From contig CAVYBH010000008.1 of NCBI GenBank assembly GCA_963766715.1, positions 352,001 through 416,000 on the forward strand: 64,000 bases of DNA. The letters are read 5' to 3'. This DNA is from an uncultured delta proteobacterium (GTDB taxonomy: Bacteria; Myxococcota; Myxococcia; Myxococcales; Anaeromyxobacteraceae). Positions 9,628-24,051 of this stretch are shown here, piece after piece. The notes beneath the pieces were generated by a model that had not been told where the DNA came from, made no database searches, and saw nothing but the letters and a program-made list of their open reading frames with translations. Made by a program: the position numbers and the translations under genes. The first letter of the stretch is position 1. Every line of letters begins with the position of its first letter.

Positions 9628-10754
9628 GTGCGCGGCCTCGCTGGAAGCTTCTCCCTCATGCCGCTCTCCGAGCTGGTCGAGTTCCTCTCGCGTCGAGCGA
9701 TCACGGGCTCGCTGACCTGCGAGCGGGGCGCGGTCCGGAAGTCGGTCTACCTGCGGGAGGGCAACGCGGTCGGCGCCGCCTCCACCGACCCGCGCGAGTT
9801 CCTCGGGCAGCTCCTCATCAACTTCGGCCACCTCGACGAGGAGCAGCTCGCCAAGGCCTTCCGCACCCAGCAGGAGACGCGGGTCCGGCTGGGCAAGGTG
9901 CTCGCCATGGTGGGGCTCGTGCAGCCCCGGACCATCCGCGAGGTGCTCTCCATCAAGATCCGGGAGACCCTGCTCGACGTGTTCCGCTGGGAGTCGGGCG
10001 TGTTCCGCGTCGACGAGGACCCGCCGCCGGCCTCCGACGACGAGCTCTCGGTGCTCGGTGCCCCTCGCCGACATCCTCAAGGAGGCCGAGTTCCGCGCCA
10101 CCGCGTGGGACGCCTTCCTGGCCCAGTTCCCGAGCGGCGGCGCGACCCTCGAGATCGACGAGTCCCGCATCCCGGCGTCGGCGTCCGACGACACCATCGA
10201 CGGCAAGGTCCTCATGCTGGCCCTGCACGGCCGGACCATCGACGAGATCGGCCTCGCCCTGCACGCCACCGAGTTCCACCTCTACCAGCGGCTCTACGCG
10301 CTGGCTCGCCAGGGCGTGCTGCGCGCGGTGCCGGTGGAGGAGATCGTCGAGCCCATCGCGGGAGACGAGTCCCACGTGGCCGCGGTGCTCGACGAGTCGC
10401 GCCGGGCGCTGGCCGACGGGCGGCCGGCCGACGCGGAGCAGGCGGCGGCCCGCGCGCTCGCGACCGTCGCCGTCCTCCGACGCCGCGCGGCAGGCGCTCG
10501 CCTCGGCGCGGGAGGCGCTCGGCGCGTCCCTGCGCGCCTCGCTGGATCGCCGCGCCATCCCCGTGCCTCGCCTGGCGGCGAGCGAGATCGCCTCCCTGGG
10601 CCTCGACGCGTCGGAGAAGTACCTGCTCTCCCGCTGCGACGGACGCCGGGCGCTGGGGCAGATCGCCCAGGTGGCCCCGCTCGACGAGCTGGAGGTGCTG
10701 AAGGCCTTCCGCGGATTCGTCGACCGCGGCGTGGTCGAGCTGCGCGCCGGCTGA
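9628..10754 (+). CDS. DUF4388 (PatA-N-like) domain protein with MshEN-like repeats (frameshifts near 10055 and 10480)
   Basis: GLAGSFSLMPLSELVEFLSRRAITGSL...LGQLLINFGHLDEEQL...LLDVFRWESGVF; C-terminal EKYLLSRCDGRRALGQIAQVAPL. Confidence 0.75.
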
Positions 10755-10759
10755 GGTCC

Positions 10760-12127
10760 CTACGGCTTGCGGGCCCGGGCCCGCGGCGCGGCGACTTCAG
10801 GCTTCCCGCTCTCCCAGTCGGCCCAGGCCTCGACCGCGGCGTGGGCGACGTAGGGCGCCTTCACCCGCCAGCTGCGGTCGTTCACGACCACCACGGCGAA
10901 GGCCACCCTCGGGTTGTCGGCCGGCGCGAATCCCACGAACCAGGTGTAGTCGCGGAAGGGATTGGCCTCGGAGAGCGAGCCGGTCTTTCCGGCCACGGTC
11001 AGCCCCTGCATCGACGACTTCCTGGAGCGCGGCGCCTTGAAGGCGCGGCGGCCGGTGCCCTCGGTGACGGTGGTCCGCATCATGGCGCCGAGCTCGGCCG
11101 CCACCCGCTCGTCGAGGACCCGGCGCGGCCCGGCCATCACCGGCATGGCCGTTCCGGTCGTCGAGGCCACCACGTCGGGCGGCACGAAGACGCCGCCGTT
11201 CGCGACGATGGCGGCGACCACGGCCCCGTGGAGCGGCGAGAGGCGCACCGGGCCGAAGCCGGCCGCGGTGGTGGCGAGCGCGAAGGGCTCCTCGGGGATG
11301 TCGGCCCGCGAGGTCTCGACCTTCTGCGCGAAGGGGATGGTCTGGTTGAAGAGGAAGCGGTCGGCCTCGGCCCGGAGCAGGCCGGCGTTGAGCGCCCGGT
11401 CGGCCAGCTTGGCGAAGACCACGTTGGCGCTCTTCCCCAGGGCCGACGAGAGCGACAGGCAGGCCCGGTCCCGCCGGGGATCGTCGGCCAGGTTGGCGGG
11501 CATCACGCGGTGCTGGCCCCCGTGGTAGCAGACCTCGTTGCCGGGCTCGAAGCCGCGGTGGAGCAGCGCCGAGCTGGTGACGATCTTGAAGACGCTGGCG
11601 GCCGGCGCCCGGGCCTCGAGGGAGAGGCCGCGCTTGCCGGGTTCACGCTGGGAGTGCTCGGCCATGGCGAGCACCCGCCCGGTGGCCGGCTCGAGGAGGA
11701 CGGCGGCGGCCCAGGGCACGCGGTACTCGGCGAGCAGCCGCTCGATGCGCTCCTGGAGGCGCGGCACGGTGGTGAGGACGGCGCGGCCCGATCCGAGCGG
11801 CGCCACGTAGCGATCGGCGACGCGGTCGAGCTCCGCCTCGGCCAGGCGAAGCTCGGCGGGCGCGACGGCCGGTGCGGCCAGCGTCGGCGGTGCGGCCGGC
11901 ATCGCGGGTGCGGCCTGTGTCGGCGCTGCGGCCGGCATCGCGGGTGCGGGAGCCATCGCGACCGTCGCGACGGGGGCGGGCGGCGCCGGCTCGTGCTGCA
12001 GCGCCACGACCGAGGCCCCCGCGGGGGCGTCGATGCCCGAGGCGGTGAGCGGCCAGGGAAGGGCGAGGAAGACGAAGAGGACTCCGAAGCCAGCGAGCAG
12101 CCAGGGAGCGAGGCGGGGACGTGTCAT
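10760..12127 (-). CDS. Penicillin-binding protein, transpeptidase domain only
   Basis: SxxK (ASVFK), SxN (KSAN), KTG (AGKTGS); N-terminal TM; Pro/Ala linker. Confidence 0.9.
   Translation of the reverse strand: MTRPRLAPWLLAGFGVLFVFLALPWPLTASGIDAPAGASVVALQHEPAPPAPVATVAMAPAPAMPAAAPTQAAPAMPAAPPTLAAPAVAPAELRLAEAELDRVADRYVAPLGSGRAVLTTVPRLQERIERLLAEYRVPWAAAVLLEPATGRVLAMAEHSQREPGKRGLSLEARAPAASVFKIVTSSALLHRGFEPGNEVCYHGGQHRVMPANLADDPRRDRACLSLSSALGKSANVVFAKLADRALNAGLLRAEADRFLFNQTIPFAQKVETSRADIPEEPFALATTAAGFGPVRLSPLHGAVVAAIVANGGVFVPPDVVASTTGTAMPVMAGPRRVLDERVAAELGAMMRTTVTEGTGRRAFKAPRSRKSSMQGLTVAGKTGSLSEANPFRDYTWFVGFAPADNPRVAFAVVVVNDRSWRVKAPYVAHAAVEAWADWESGKPEVAAPRARARKP
11885..11950. repeat. Intragenic 36-bp tandem repeat (APAMPAA units) in the PBP linker
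   Basis: gcggccggcatcgcgggtgcgg occurs twice, 36 nt apart. Confidence 0.6.
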
Positions 12128-12238
12128 CGCGATATCGGCATTGTCGTTGAAGGATGGGGCACGGTCAAAATAAGCGGAGTGCCCGGCGTCGAGCACTCCG
12201 CTTCCCGCGCCCGAGGTGGGCGCGACACGCAGCTTCAC

Positions 12239-15158
<2,920 letters not shown>

Positions 15159-15322
15159 CGCGTGAACCCCTGACCGTGCACGCCCTGCACCGGCACGCGC
15201 CCTGTGGTGAAGCCTGGGAACGACTGTACGCCCGCGCCGAAGGGTCGGGAGCGGACATCACTCGTAGCCGTTTGGGGGCGTCCTCCCCATTGCCCGCGAT
15301 CAAGAAATGCGGGATTTTCGAC

Positions 15323-15373
15323 TGTCAATGCCCCGTGTCTGCGAGGAGTTGACGCTGTAAAGGGTGTCAACTC
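15323..15373. promoter_or_regulatory. Inverted repeat GAGTTGACGC-N8-GTGTCAACTC (15346-15373) and two minus-strand TTGACA hexamers upstream of ppdK
   Basis: Arms match 9/10. tgtcaa at 15323-15328 and 15365-15370 read TTGACA on the ppdK strand. No clean -10 found. Confidence 0.35.
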
Positions 15374-15387
15374 GGGTGCGCCGGGAC

Positions 15388-16441
15388 TCAGATGCGCAGG
15401 GATTCGATGCGCGTCTCGTCCGGCTCGGGCTCGACGTCGAGAACCTCGACGACGCCGTCCTCGAGCCACTCGATCGCCACGCGGGGCAGGGACCGCCCCT
15501 TCCCGTAGCGCGCCACGATGCGGGCGGCGAGCTGCCGGTCCTCCCACGACGGCGCGCCCTCGACGAGCGCGACCGGGCCGTTCAGGTCGCGCGCCATGAG
15601 CCGGGCGCGACCCTCGCCGTAGGACTCGAGGATGACGTTCTCCACCTCGCTGCGCCCCACCACCAGCTTGGCCGTGGGCGAGAGCCGGAGGTGGCGGCCG
15701 GTGGAGAGGAGGACGATGTCCTCCTTGCGGATGCGCCGCTCCTCGCCCGACGCCTCGCGGGCGTCGAGCACGTCGAAGAACTTCCGGGAGAAGGACTCGT
15801 CGGTGAGGTAGCAGCAGCCGCCGGCGGGCTGGGGCCACTCGGCGATGCCCAGCTCCCGGGCCAGCCGGATCTGGCGCTGGCGGGAGCGCCCGTTGATGTC
15901 GAGGAGGCGCGATCGGTCGAGCAGCCCCTCGCGCTCGGGGATGGACGGCTCGAGGAGCCTGGCGGAGAGGGGCCGCACGAGGCGCCCCTGCAGCCCGCTC
16001 TCCCGCTCGATGAGCCGCATGGTGTCGCGGCGCTGGCTCTTGGGGCGCTGGCCCACCACCTCGCCGGTGAAGACGAAGGCCGCCCCCTCCCGCTCCATGA
16101 TCTCCCGGGCCTTCCTCATCATGAAGACGCGGCAGTCGATGCAGGGGTTGGCGTTCGATCCGTAGCCGTACCGGGGGTTCACGATCAGGTCGAGGTAGCC
16201 GGCGTCGGAGATGTCGACGTACTCGATGTCGACCTCGAGGTCGGCGGCGGCGCGCAGGGCCTCGTTCTGGGGCACCGTGCCGTCCGGCGCGGCCGCCCTT
16301 GCGGCGCTGGGTCTCGGTGATGCAGAAGCCGGTGTAGAAGTTCACCGCCTTCACCTCGAAGCCCTGCTGCTTCACGAGCGCCAGCGCGAGCGTCGAGTCG
16401 AGCCCGCCGGAGATCATGCCGATGGCCTTCTTCGCGCTCAC
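15388..16441 (-). CDS. PP-loop thiouridine-synthase-like protein (ThiI/MnmA-related) with C-terminal NFACT-R-like region (frameshift near 16285)
   Basis: SGGLDS PP-loop; NPCIDC; FTGEVVGQRPKSQ; PAGGCCYLTD; GRHLRL...LVVGRSEVEN. Confidence 0.8.
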
Positions 16442-16691
16442 GCCGGCCCCGCTTCCGGACCCAGCTCTTCCAGGACCCGCCTTCCCGGAAGGTGCCCAGG
16501 TGCTCGTGCCGGGTGGCCCGGCACCACATGGGCATGTCGGTGGCGATGCCCGGGTCGGTGGCCACCACGCAGAGGACCGCGCCGGCGGGCAGCTCCTTCA
16601 TGACCCGCGCCGTCTCCACGATGGGGTACGGGCAGAGGCTCCCCGAGGTGTCGAGGGTGCGGTCGGGCGCCGGCAGGGTGACCTCCGTCAT
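16438..16691 (-). CDS. tusA: TusA-family sulfur carrier (indel near the 3' end)
   Basis: LDTSGSLCPYPIV (CPxP motif), VATDPG...DMPMWC. Confidence 0.85.
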
Positions 16692-16806
16692 CGCCGCTCC
16701 GTTTACCGCCGGGACGGGAAGGGAGCAACCGCGGCGAGCGTTCTCGTGCGAAGCACGTCTTCCTTGCCCGAAGGAGGGTGCGGCGATACCCTCCGGGCCC
16801 CCGACC

Positions 16807-17319
16807 TTGACCCACCTGGCTCGACAGATCCTCCCCCTGGCCGCGGCCGCGCTCCTGGCCCTGCCGGGCGTGGCCCGTCCCGCCGACCCGCCGTCCGGGT
16901 CGAGCCCGGTGGGGCTCATCCTCTCCGCGGACGTGGGCGGCGGCGGCCAGGTGGGACAGGGGTCGGCCTACGACCCGCCGGCGGTCTTCGAGCTGGAGTT
17001 CGGGGTGGCCTACGACATCGCCTTCGGGATCGCCCCCCAGCTGTCGATGGTCCTCGGGATGGCGCCCGGGACCTCCTTCGCGATCCGGCCCGGGCTGGAG
17101 TGGTTCATCCCGGAGACGCCCTTCTACCTGCGGGCCGCCTTCGACGCCTCGACGCAGGTCGGGTACCTCGCCTGGCGGTGGCTGCTCCTGGGCGGCGGCG
17201 TCGCCGTCCGCATCACCGACGTCCTGGGCTTCATGGTGGAGGCCGACAGCGGGTTCCCGCTGGCGAACGGGGTCGGCGTGCCGCTCCTCCTCCGCGCCGG
17301 GGCCTTCGCCCGATTCTAG
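16807..17319 (+). CDS. Putative small outer-membrane beta-barrel protein
   Basis: Signal peptide (LPLAAAALLALPGVARP), alternating beta strands, C-terminal LLLRAGAFARF ending in Phe. Confidence 0.6.
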   Translation: MTHLARQILPLAAAALLALPGVARPADPPSGSSPVGLILSADVGGGGQVGQGSAYDPPAVFELEFGVAYDIAFGIAPQLSMVLGMAPGTSFAIRPGLEWFIPETPFYLRAAFDASTQVGYLAWRWLLLGGGVAVRITDVLGFMVEADSGFPLANGVGVPLLLRAGAFARF

Positions 17320-17355
17320 AACCAGGGCCGCGAGCCGCGGCCCGGCAACACGGGA

Positions 17356-18810
17356 GTGAACGAGATGAAGCACACGAGCTGGATCCTGGCACTCATCGTC
17401 GGCGTGGTCCTCGGCGTGGTGGGCGATCGCATGATGGGCGGCGGTCCGCGGGTCGGCGCCCACCGCCGGCCGGCCCTCCGAGCTGCCGCCGCCGGCCCGC
17501 GCGCCGGCGCGCCCGGTGGAGGACTCCAAGGCCGTCTACCGGGTCCCCGTCGACGACTCGCCCGTGAAGGGTCCGTCGGACGCACTCGTCACCATCATCG
17601 AGTCCTCCGACTTCGAGTGCCCGTTCTGCAAGCGCGTCGGGCCGACGATGAAGCAGCTCGAGGCCGCCTACCCCGGCAAGCTGCGCTTCGTCTTCAAGCA
17701 CAACCCCCTGCCCTTCCACGCCAAGGCCATGCCGGCCGCCATCGCGGCCGAGGAGGGGCGCGCCCAGGGCGGCTCCGCCAAGTTCTGGGAGATGCACGAC
17801 CGGCTCTTCGACTCGGCGCCGGCGCTCGATCGCCCCGCGCTCGAGGCGACCGCACAGGCGGCCGGCCTGGACATGAACGCCTTCCGCAAGGCCCTCGACG
17901 AGCAGCGGCACGAGTCCCGCATCAAGCGGGACCAGGCGCTCGTGAACTCGCGTGGGCGCGAACGGCACGCCGAGCTTCTTCGTGAACGGACGGAAGATCG
18001 CCGGGGCGGTCCCCTTCGAGGTCTTCAAGGCCATGGTGGACGAGGAGCTCGCCAAGGCGGAGGCGCTCGTGAAGTCGGGCGTCCCGGCCAAGGACCTGTA
18101 CGCCCGCATCATCGAGACCGGCGGCCACCGCGCCGGTGATGGTCGCCCCGCCCCCGGGCCAGGCCGCGCCCCAGGCGGCGCCGCCGCCGCCGCAGGCGGC
18201 CGCGCAGAAGGTCGACTTCCGCCCCGACGACCCGATGCGCGGCCCGAAGAACGCCCCGGTCACGGTGGTGATCTTCTCCGACTTCCAGTGCCCGTTCTGC
18301 ACCCGCGTCGAGCCCACCCTCGCCCAGCTCCAGAAGGCGTACCCGAACGACGTGCGGGTGGTGTGGAAGAACTACCCGCTCGCCATGCACCCGCAGGCGA
18401 TGCCGGCCGCGCTGGCCGCCGAGGCGGCGCGCGAGCAGGGCAAGTTCTGGGAGATGCACGACCTCATGTTCCAGAACCAGTCGCAGCTCGCCCCGGCGCA
18501 GTTCGAGGCCTGGGCGAAGCAGCTGGGGCTCGACGCGAAGAAGTTCCAGGCCGCCTCGGCCGCGCCGTCCACGCGCGCCCGCGTGGACGAGGACGCCCAG
18601 CTGGGCGCCCGCTTCGCCTCCCAGGGCACCCCGACGCTCTACGTGAACTGCCGCCCGGTGGTGGGCGCGCAGCCGTACGAGGTGTTCCAGAAGCTCGTCG
18701 ACGAGGAGCTGGGGCGGGCCGCGCAGCTGAAGAAGGCGGGCGCGGCGGTGGACGCCGGCTTCTACGAGCGCATCTGCGCCGAGAACGTCAAGGGCTCGCA
18801 GAAGGGCTAG
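17356..18810 (+). CDS. Tandem DsbA/Thioredoxin_4 domain protein (three apparent frameshifts)
   Basis: Two domains: SDFECPFC...GTPSFFVNG and SDFQCPFC...GTPTLYVN; N-terminal TM; Pro-rich linkers. Confidence 0.85.
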
Positions 18811-18815
18811 CCGGC

Positions 18816-21463
18816 CTAGGCCCGCCCCGCGCCGGCCAGCCAGGCGGCGCGCATCGCCTGGAAGATCGCCGCCGGCCCGCCGGTGTCGGCGGCGAGCTCC
18901 CAGATCGGCACCTCCCCGAGCCCCTTGAACCAGGCGCGCCCGACGTGCCGGAACATCTCGGCCGGGCGTCCGTCGGTGTGGAAGGTGACCACCAGGCTCT
19001 CCGGGCCCGGACCGAACCACCACTGCGACGGCGACGTCCTCCGGGACGTCGGCGGGATCGAGCTCGACCCGGCGCACCACGCGCCCCGCACCGACCGACG
19101 CGAGCCAGGCCGAGAGCGCCTCCTCCGAGAGGGCCGCCCCGGCGTTGTAGACGTCGCCCGACCCCTCGTCCTCGGCGCGCGCGGCCGCCTCCAGGGCCCG
19201 GCGGACCGGCTTGGCGACCGCCCGCATCGCGGCCGTCATGTCCCCGGCCCGCGCCGCGCGCATGGCCTCGACGGCGGCGGCCGGCGGGATGGCGAGGGAG
19301 AGGGGCTGGCCGATGAAGACGCTCCAGGCGTGGCGCAGGCCGGGAAGGCCCCGGGCCGTCCGGGCCTCCTCGAGGAGCTGGTCGGCGCGGGCGCGCGCCA
19401 GCGAGGCCCGGGCGGTGCCCCGGGCCGACTCGTTGATCTTCTCGGCGATGGCGACCCGGTTCCGGCCGAAGGCCTCGTCGTCGATGGAGACGACGAGCGG
19501 CGCAGGCCCGAAGGAGACGAACACGCCGGCCTCGAGCCCCTCGCCGCGGGTCCGCGACACGGCGCGCTCCATCTCGGCGGCGAGGCGGGAGGCGGCGGCG
19601 GCGTGCAGGGCGCCCCGGCGCAGCGACTCGGCCCGCTCCGGGCTCCCGGGAGCGGCCCGTTCCGAGGTCGCGCGCGCCTCGTCCCGGGCGGCCAGGCAGC
19701 GGCCGATCTCGCCCCGGTACCGGGCCTCCAGCGCCGTCACCCGGTCGACCACCGCCTCGGTGGAGACCTCCCGCTCCAGCCGCGCCTCGTAGGCGCCGAG
19801 CAGCCTCCGGATCTCGCCGGCCAGCGACACGAGCGCCTCGATGTCGCCGGAGAGCGAGATGGCGTCCCCGAGCAGGTTGTTCACCGAGACCCCGCCGCGG
19901 TCGGAGAGGTGCTCCATCCCGGTGAAGCGCTCCTTCGCCGCCGCCAGGATGGGCAGGTAGAACTCGCGCCGGAGGAACTCGGCCATCGCGGCCTGCCCGA
20001 GCAGGCTCGTACGCCGCGTGAAGTCCTTCACGTCGGCGAAGAGGTGGGCCATGGGGCGCTCCTGCGCCACCGCCAGGATGGGGCCCGGTCGCGCGGAGAT
20101 CCGGTAGAGACGCCCCGCCTCCCACTCCGCCTCGGGGCCCGCCTGGCCCGCGCCGGAGAACGGGACCACCACCCGGCGCACCGGGGCCGAGAGCCGCTCG
20201 AGCGCGAGGTCGGCGAGCAGCCCGGACGCGGCGAGCGCGTACGTCTGGAGCGCCTCCTCGCGCCGCAGGCCGAGCGCGGCCGCCGGCTCCTTCGGCTTCC
20301 AGGCCCGCAGCGACCGCACCAGCACGTCGAGCACCGCCCCCGCGCCCTCGGCGGGCAGCACCCGCGAGGCCTGCTGGGCCCGGGCCGCGAGGTCGGCGCG
20401 TCCCGCCTCGCCGGACAGGGACGCCTGGAGCGCGCCCGGCGCCGCGAGCAGCGCCCGCAGCTCCGAGCAGGCGGCCGGCTGGCGGGCCGCCTCGACCGCG
20501 GTCACCAGCTCCGAGAGCGCCTGCCGGATGCGCCAGGCCGCCACCGCGCCCTCCGCACGCCGCGGCGGTCTCCTCGTCGTCGGCGAGCGCCTCGACCACG
20601 TCCCCGGCTGCCGCGTCCGGGTCGCCCCCGGTCGCCAGGCGGGCCGCGATCTCCTCGGCCCGGGGAACGCCGGCCAGGAGCTCCGGGCCGTAGAGGGTGG
20701 AGCCGCCGCCGAGGAGGGCCGCCCGCCCGCCGGCCAGCGTGCAGGGATTCACCACCGCCTCGAGGCGGAGCAGCAGCGGGTCGTCGGCGCGCAGCCCCGC
20801 GTCCCGGGCGAACCGGGCCACGCCGGTCCTGGCCGCGATCCAGAGTCCGGTCAGCGCCGCGCTGCGGAGCCAGCGGTCGTGCGGTCCGCCGGGCAGGACG
20901 TCCCGCAGTCCCGGGGCGGCCGCCCCCAGCGCTCCGGACAGGGCGAGCGCCACGAGCAGCGGCGTGTCCTCCCTGGCGGGCGAGGCGGCCATCTCGGAGG
21001 CGGCGGTGCGGAGCGAGGCGATCCAGAGGGCGGTGAGGGAGCGCCCCTTTCCTCCCGGCCCCATCCAGGCGGTGACGAGGCCGCCCTGGAGCGCGGGATG
21101 GGCCGCGAGCGCCGTCTGCGCGGCGGCGCGGAGGTCCGGGCCGCCCGCCGGCGGAGAGAGCAGGTCGGCGACGTGCGGGAGGGACGCGTAGTCCTCCCGG
21201 AGGTAGAGCCGGTCGAGCTCCTCGGGCGGGACGAACCGGCCGTGGTGGGTGGCGAGCAGGAGCCCCACCTGGTCCGCCGCGGTGCGGACGATGGCGGCGG
21301 CGTCCGCGGCCAGATCCACCGGGACCCGGAGGTCGGCGTGGGAGGTCCCCAGCTGGAAGCGCAGCCGCGCGGGATCGATGCGCAGGAACGCCTCTCCCTG
21401 CGATCGGGCCTCGGCCAGGATGCGAAGCCGCCGTGCCGCGATCGGGGCCTGCCCTGCCGCCAT
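18816..21463 (-). CDS. Large protein with a diverged class III nucleotide cyclase-like C-terminal region (frameshifts near 20560 and 19040)
   Basis: HLFADVKDFT, VNNLLGDAI, LEAGVFVSFG, AIAEKINESARG, AALSEEA and FKGLGEVPIWEL occur in class III cyclase order. The N-terminal ~450 aa were not recognised. Confidence 0.65.
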
Positions 21464-21513
21464 GTCGTCGGATGTCTTGATCGGAACCCTCCATCCGGGT
21501 AGAAAACCCGATC

Positions 21514-21905
21514 ATGCGCCGGACCTTGTTCAAGTCCAAGATTCACCGCGCGACGGTGACCCATGCGGACCTCGACTACGAGGGGTCGGTCACCATCGAC
21601 GAGGACCTCATGGACGCGGCGGGCTTCTGGGAGTACGAGGCGGTCCACGTGTGGAACATCACGCGGGGCACCCGGCTCCAGACCTACGCCATCCGCGGGG
21701 AGCGCGGCAGCGGCATCATCTGCATCAACGGCGCCGCGGCCCATCTGAACCGCCCCGGCGACATGGTCATCCTGGCCACCTTCGCGGAGATGGAGGAGTC
21801 GGAGGCCCGCACCCACGTGCCGCAGGTGGTGCTGGTCGACGCGAAGAACAGGATGGTCGCCAAGGACGTGGCCGAGGTCGCCGGCCCGGCCAGGCGGGTC
21901 GTGGC

Positions 21906-21909
<4 letters not shown>
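21514..21909 (+). CDS. panD: Aspartate 1-decarboxylase
   Basis: [23 protein letters not shown] (G-S autocleavage site), CINGAAAH. Confidence 0.97.
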
Positions 21910-23456
<1,547 letters not shown>

Positions 23457-23460
<4 letters not shown>

Positions 23461-24051
23461 AGCCGCGCATCGTCCTCGTCGACAACTACGACTCGTTCAC
23501 GTTCAACCTGGTCCAGTACCTGGGCGAGCTGGGCGCCGACGTGCGGGTCTTCCGGAACGACCAGATCGACGTGGCCGGGATCCGGGCGCTCCGCCCGCTC
23601 GGGCTCGCCATCTCGCCCGGCCCGTGCACCCCCGACGAGGCCGGGGTGAGCCTCGAGGCCATCCGGTCGCTGGCCGGCGAGCTGCCCATCCTCGGGGTCT
23701 GCCTGGGGCACCAGGCCATCGGGCAGGCCTTCGGCGGCACGCGTCGTCCGCAACGACCGCATCGTCCACGGCAAGTCGAGCCCGGTGCTGCACCGCGGCG
23801 AGGGGGTCTACGCCGGCCTCCCCTCCCCCTTCGACGCCGGGCGGTACCACTCGCTCGTCGTCGAGCGCGCCTCGCTGCCCCGCGAGCTGCGCATCACCTC
23901 CTGGACCCGGGAGGGCGAGATCATGGGGCTGCGCCACCGGCGCCTGGAGATCGAGGGCGTCCAGTTCCACCCGGAGTCCATCCTGACCGGCCAGGGCAAG
24001 GCGCTGCTCGGCAACTGGGTCGCCCGGGTGAAGGGATGGAGGCGCCCGTGA
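23457..24051 (+). CDS. trpG: Anthranilate synthase component II, glutamine amidotransferase (frameshift near 23741)
   Basis: [37 protein letters not shown]. Confidence 0.95.

Noticed and set aside
18816..21463. Cyclase as part of a Pycsar/CBASS-type defence island
   Set aside because: No adjacent TIR or TM effector with a cNMP-binding domain, no mobility genes, and host-like codon usage in a housekeeping context.
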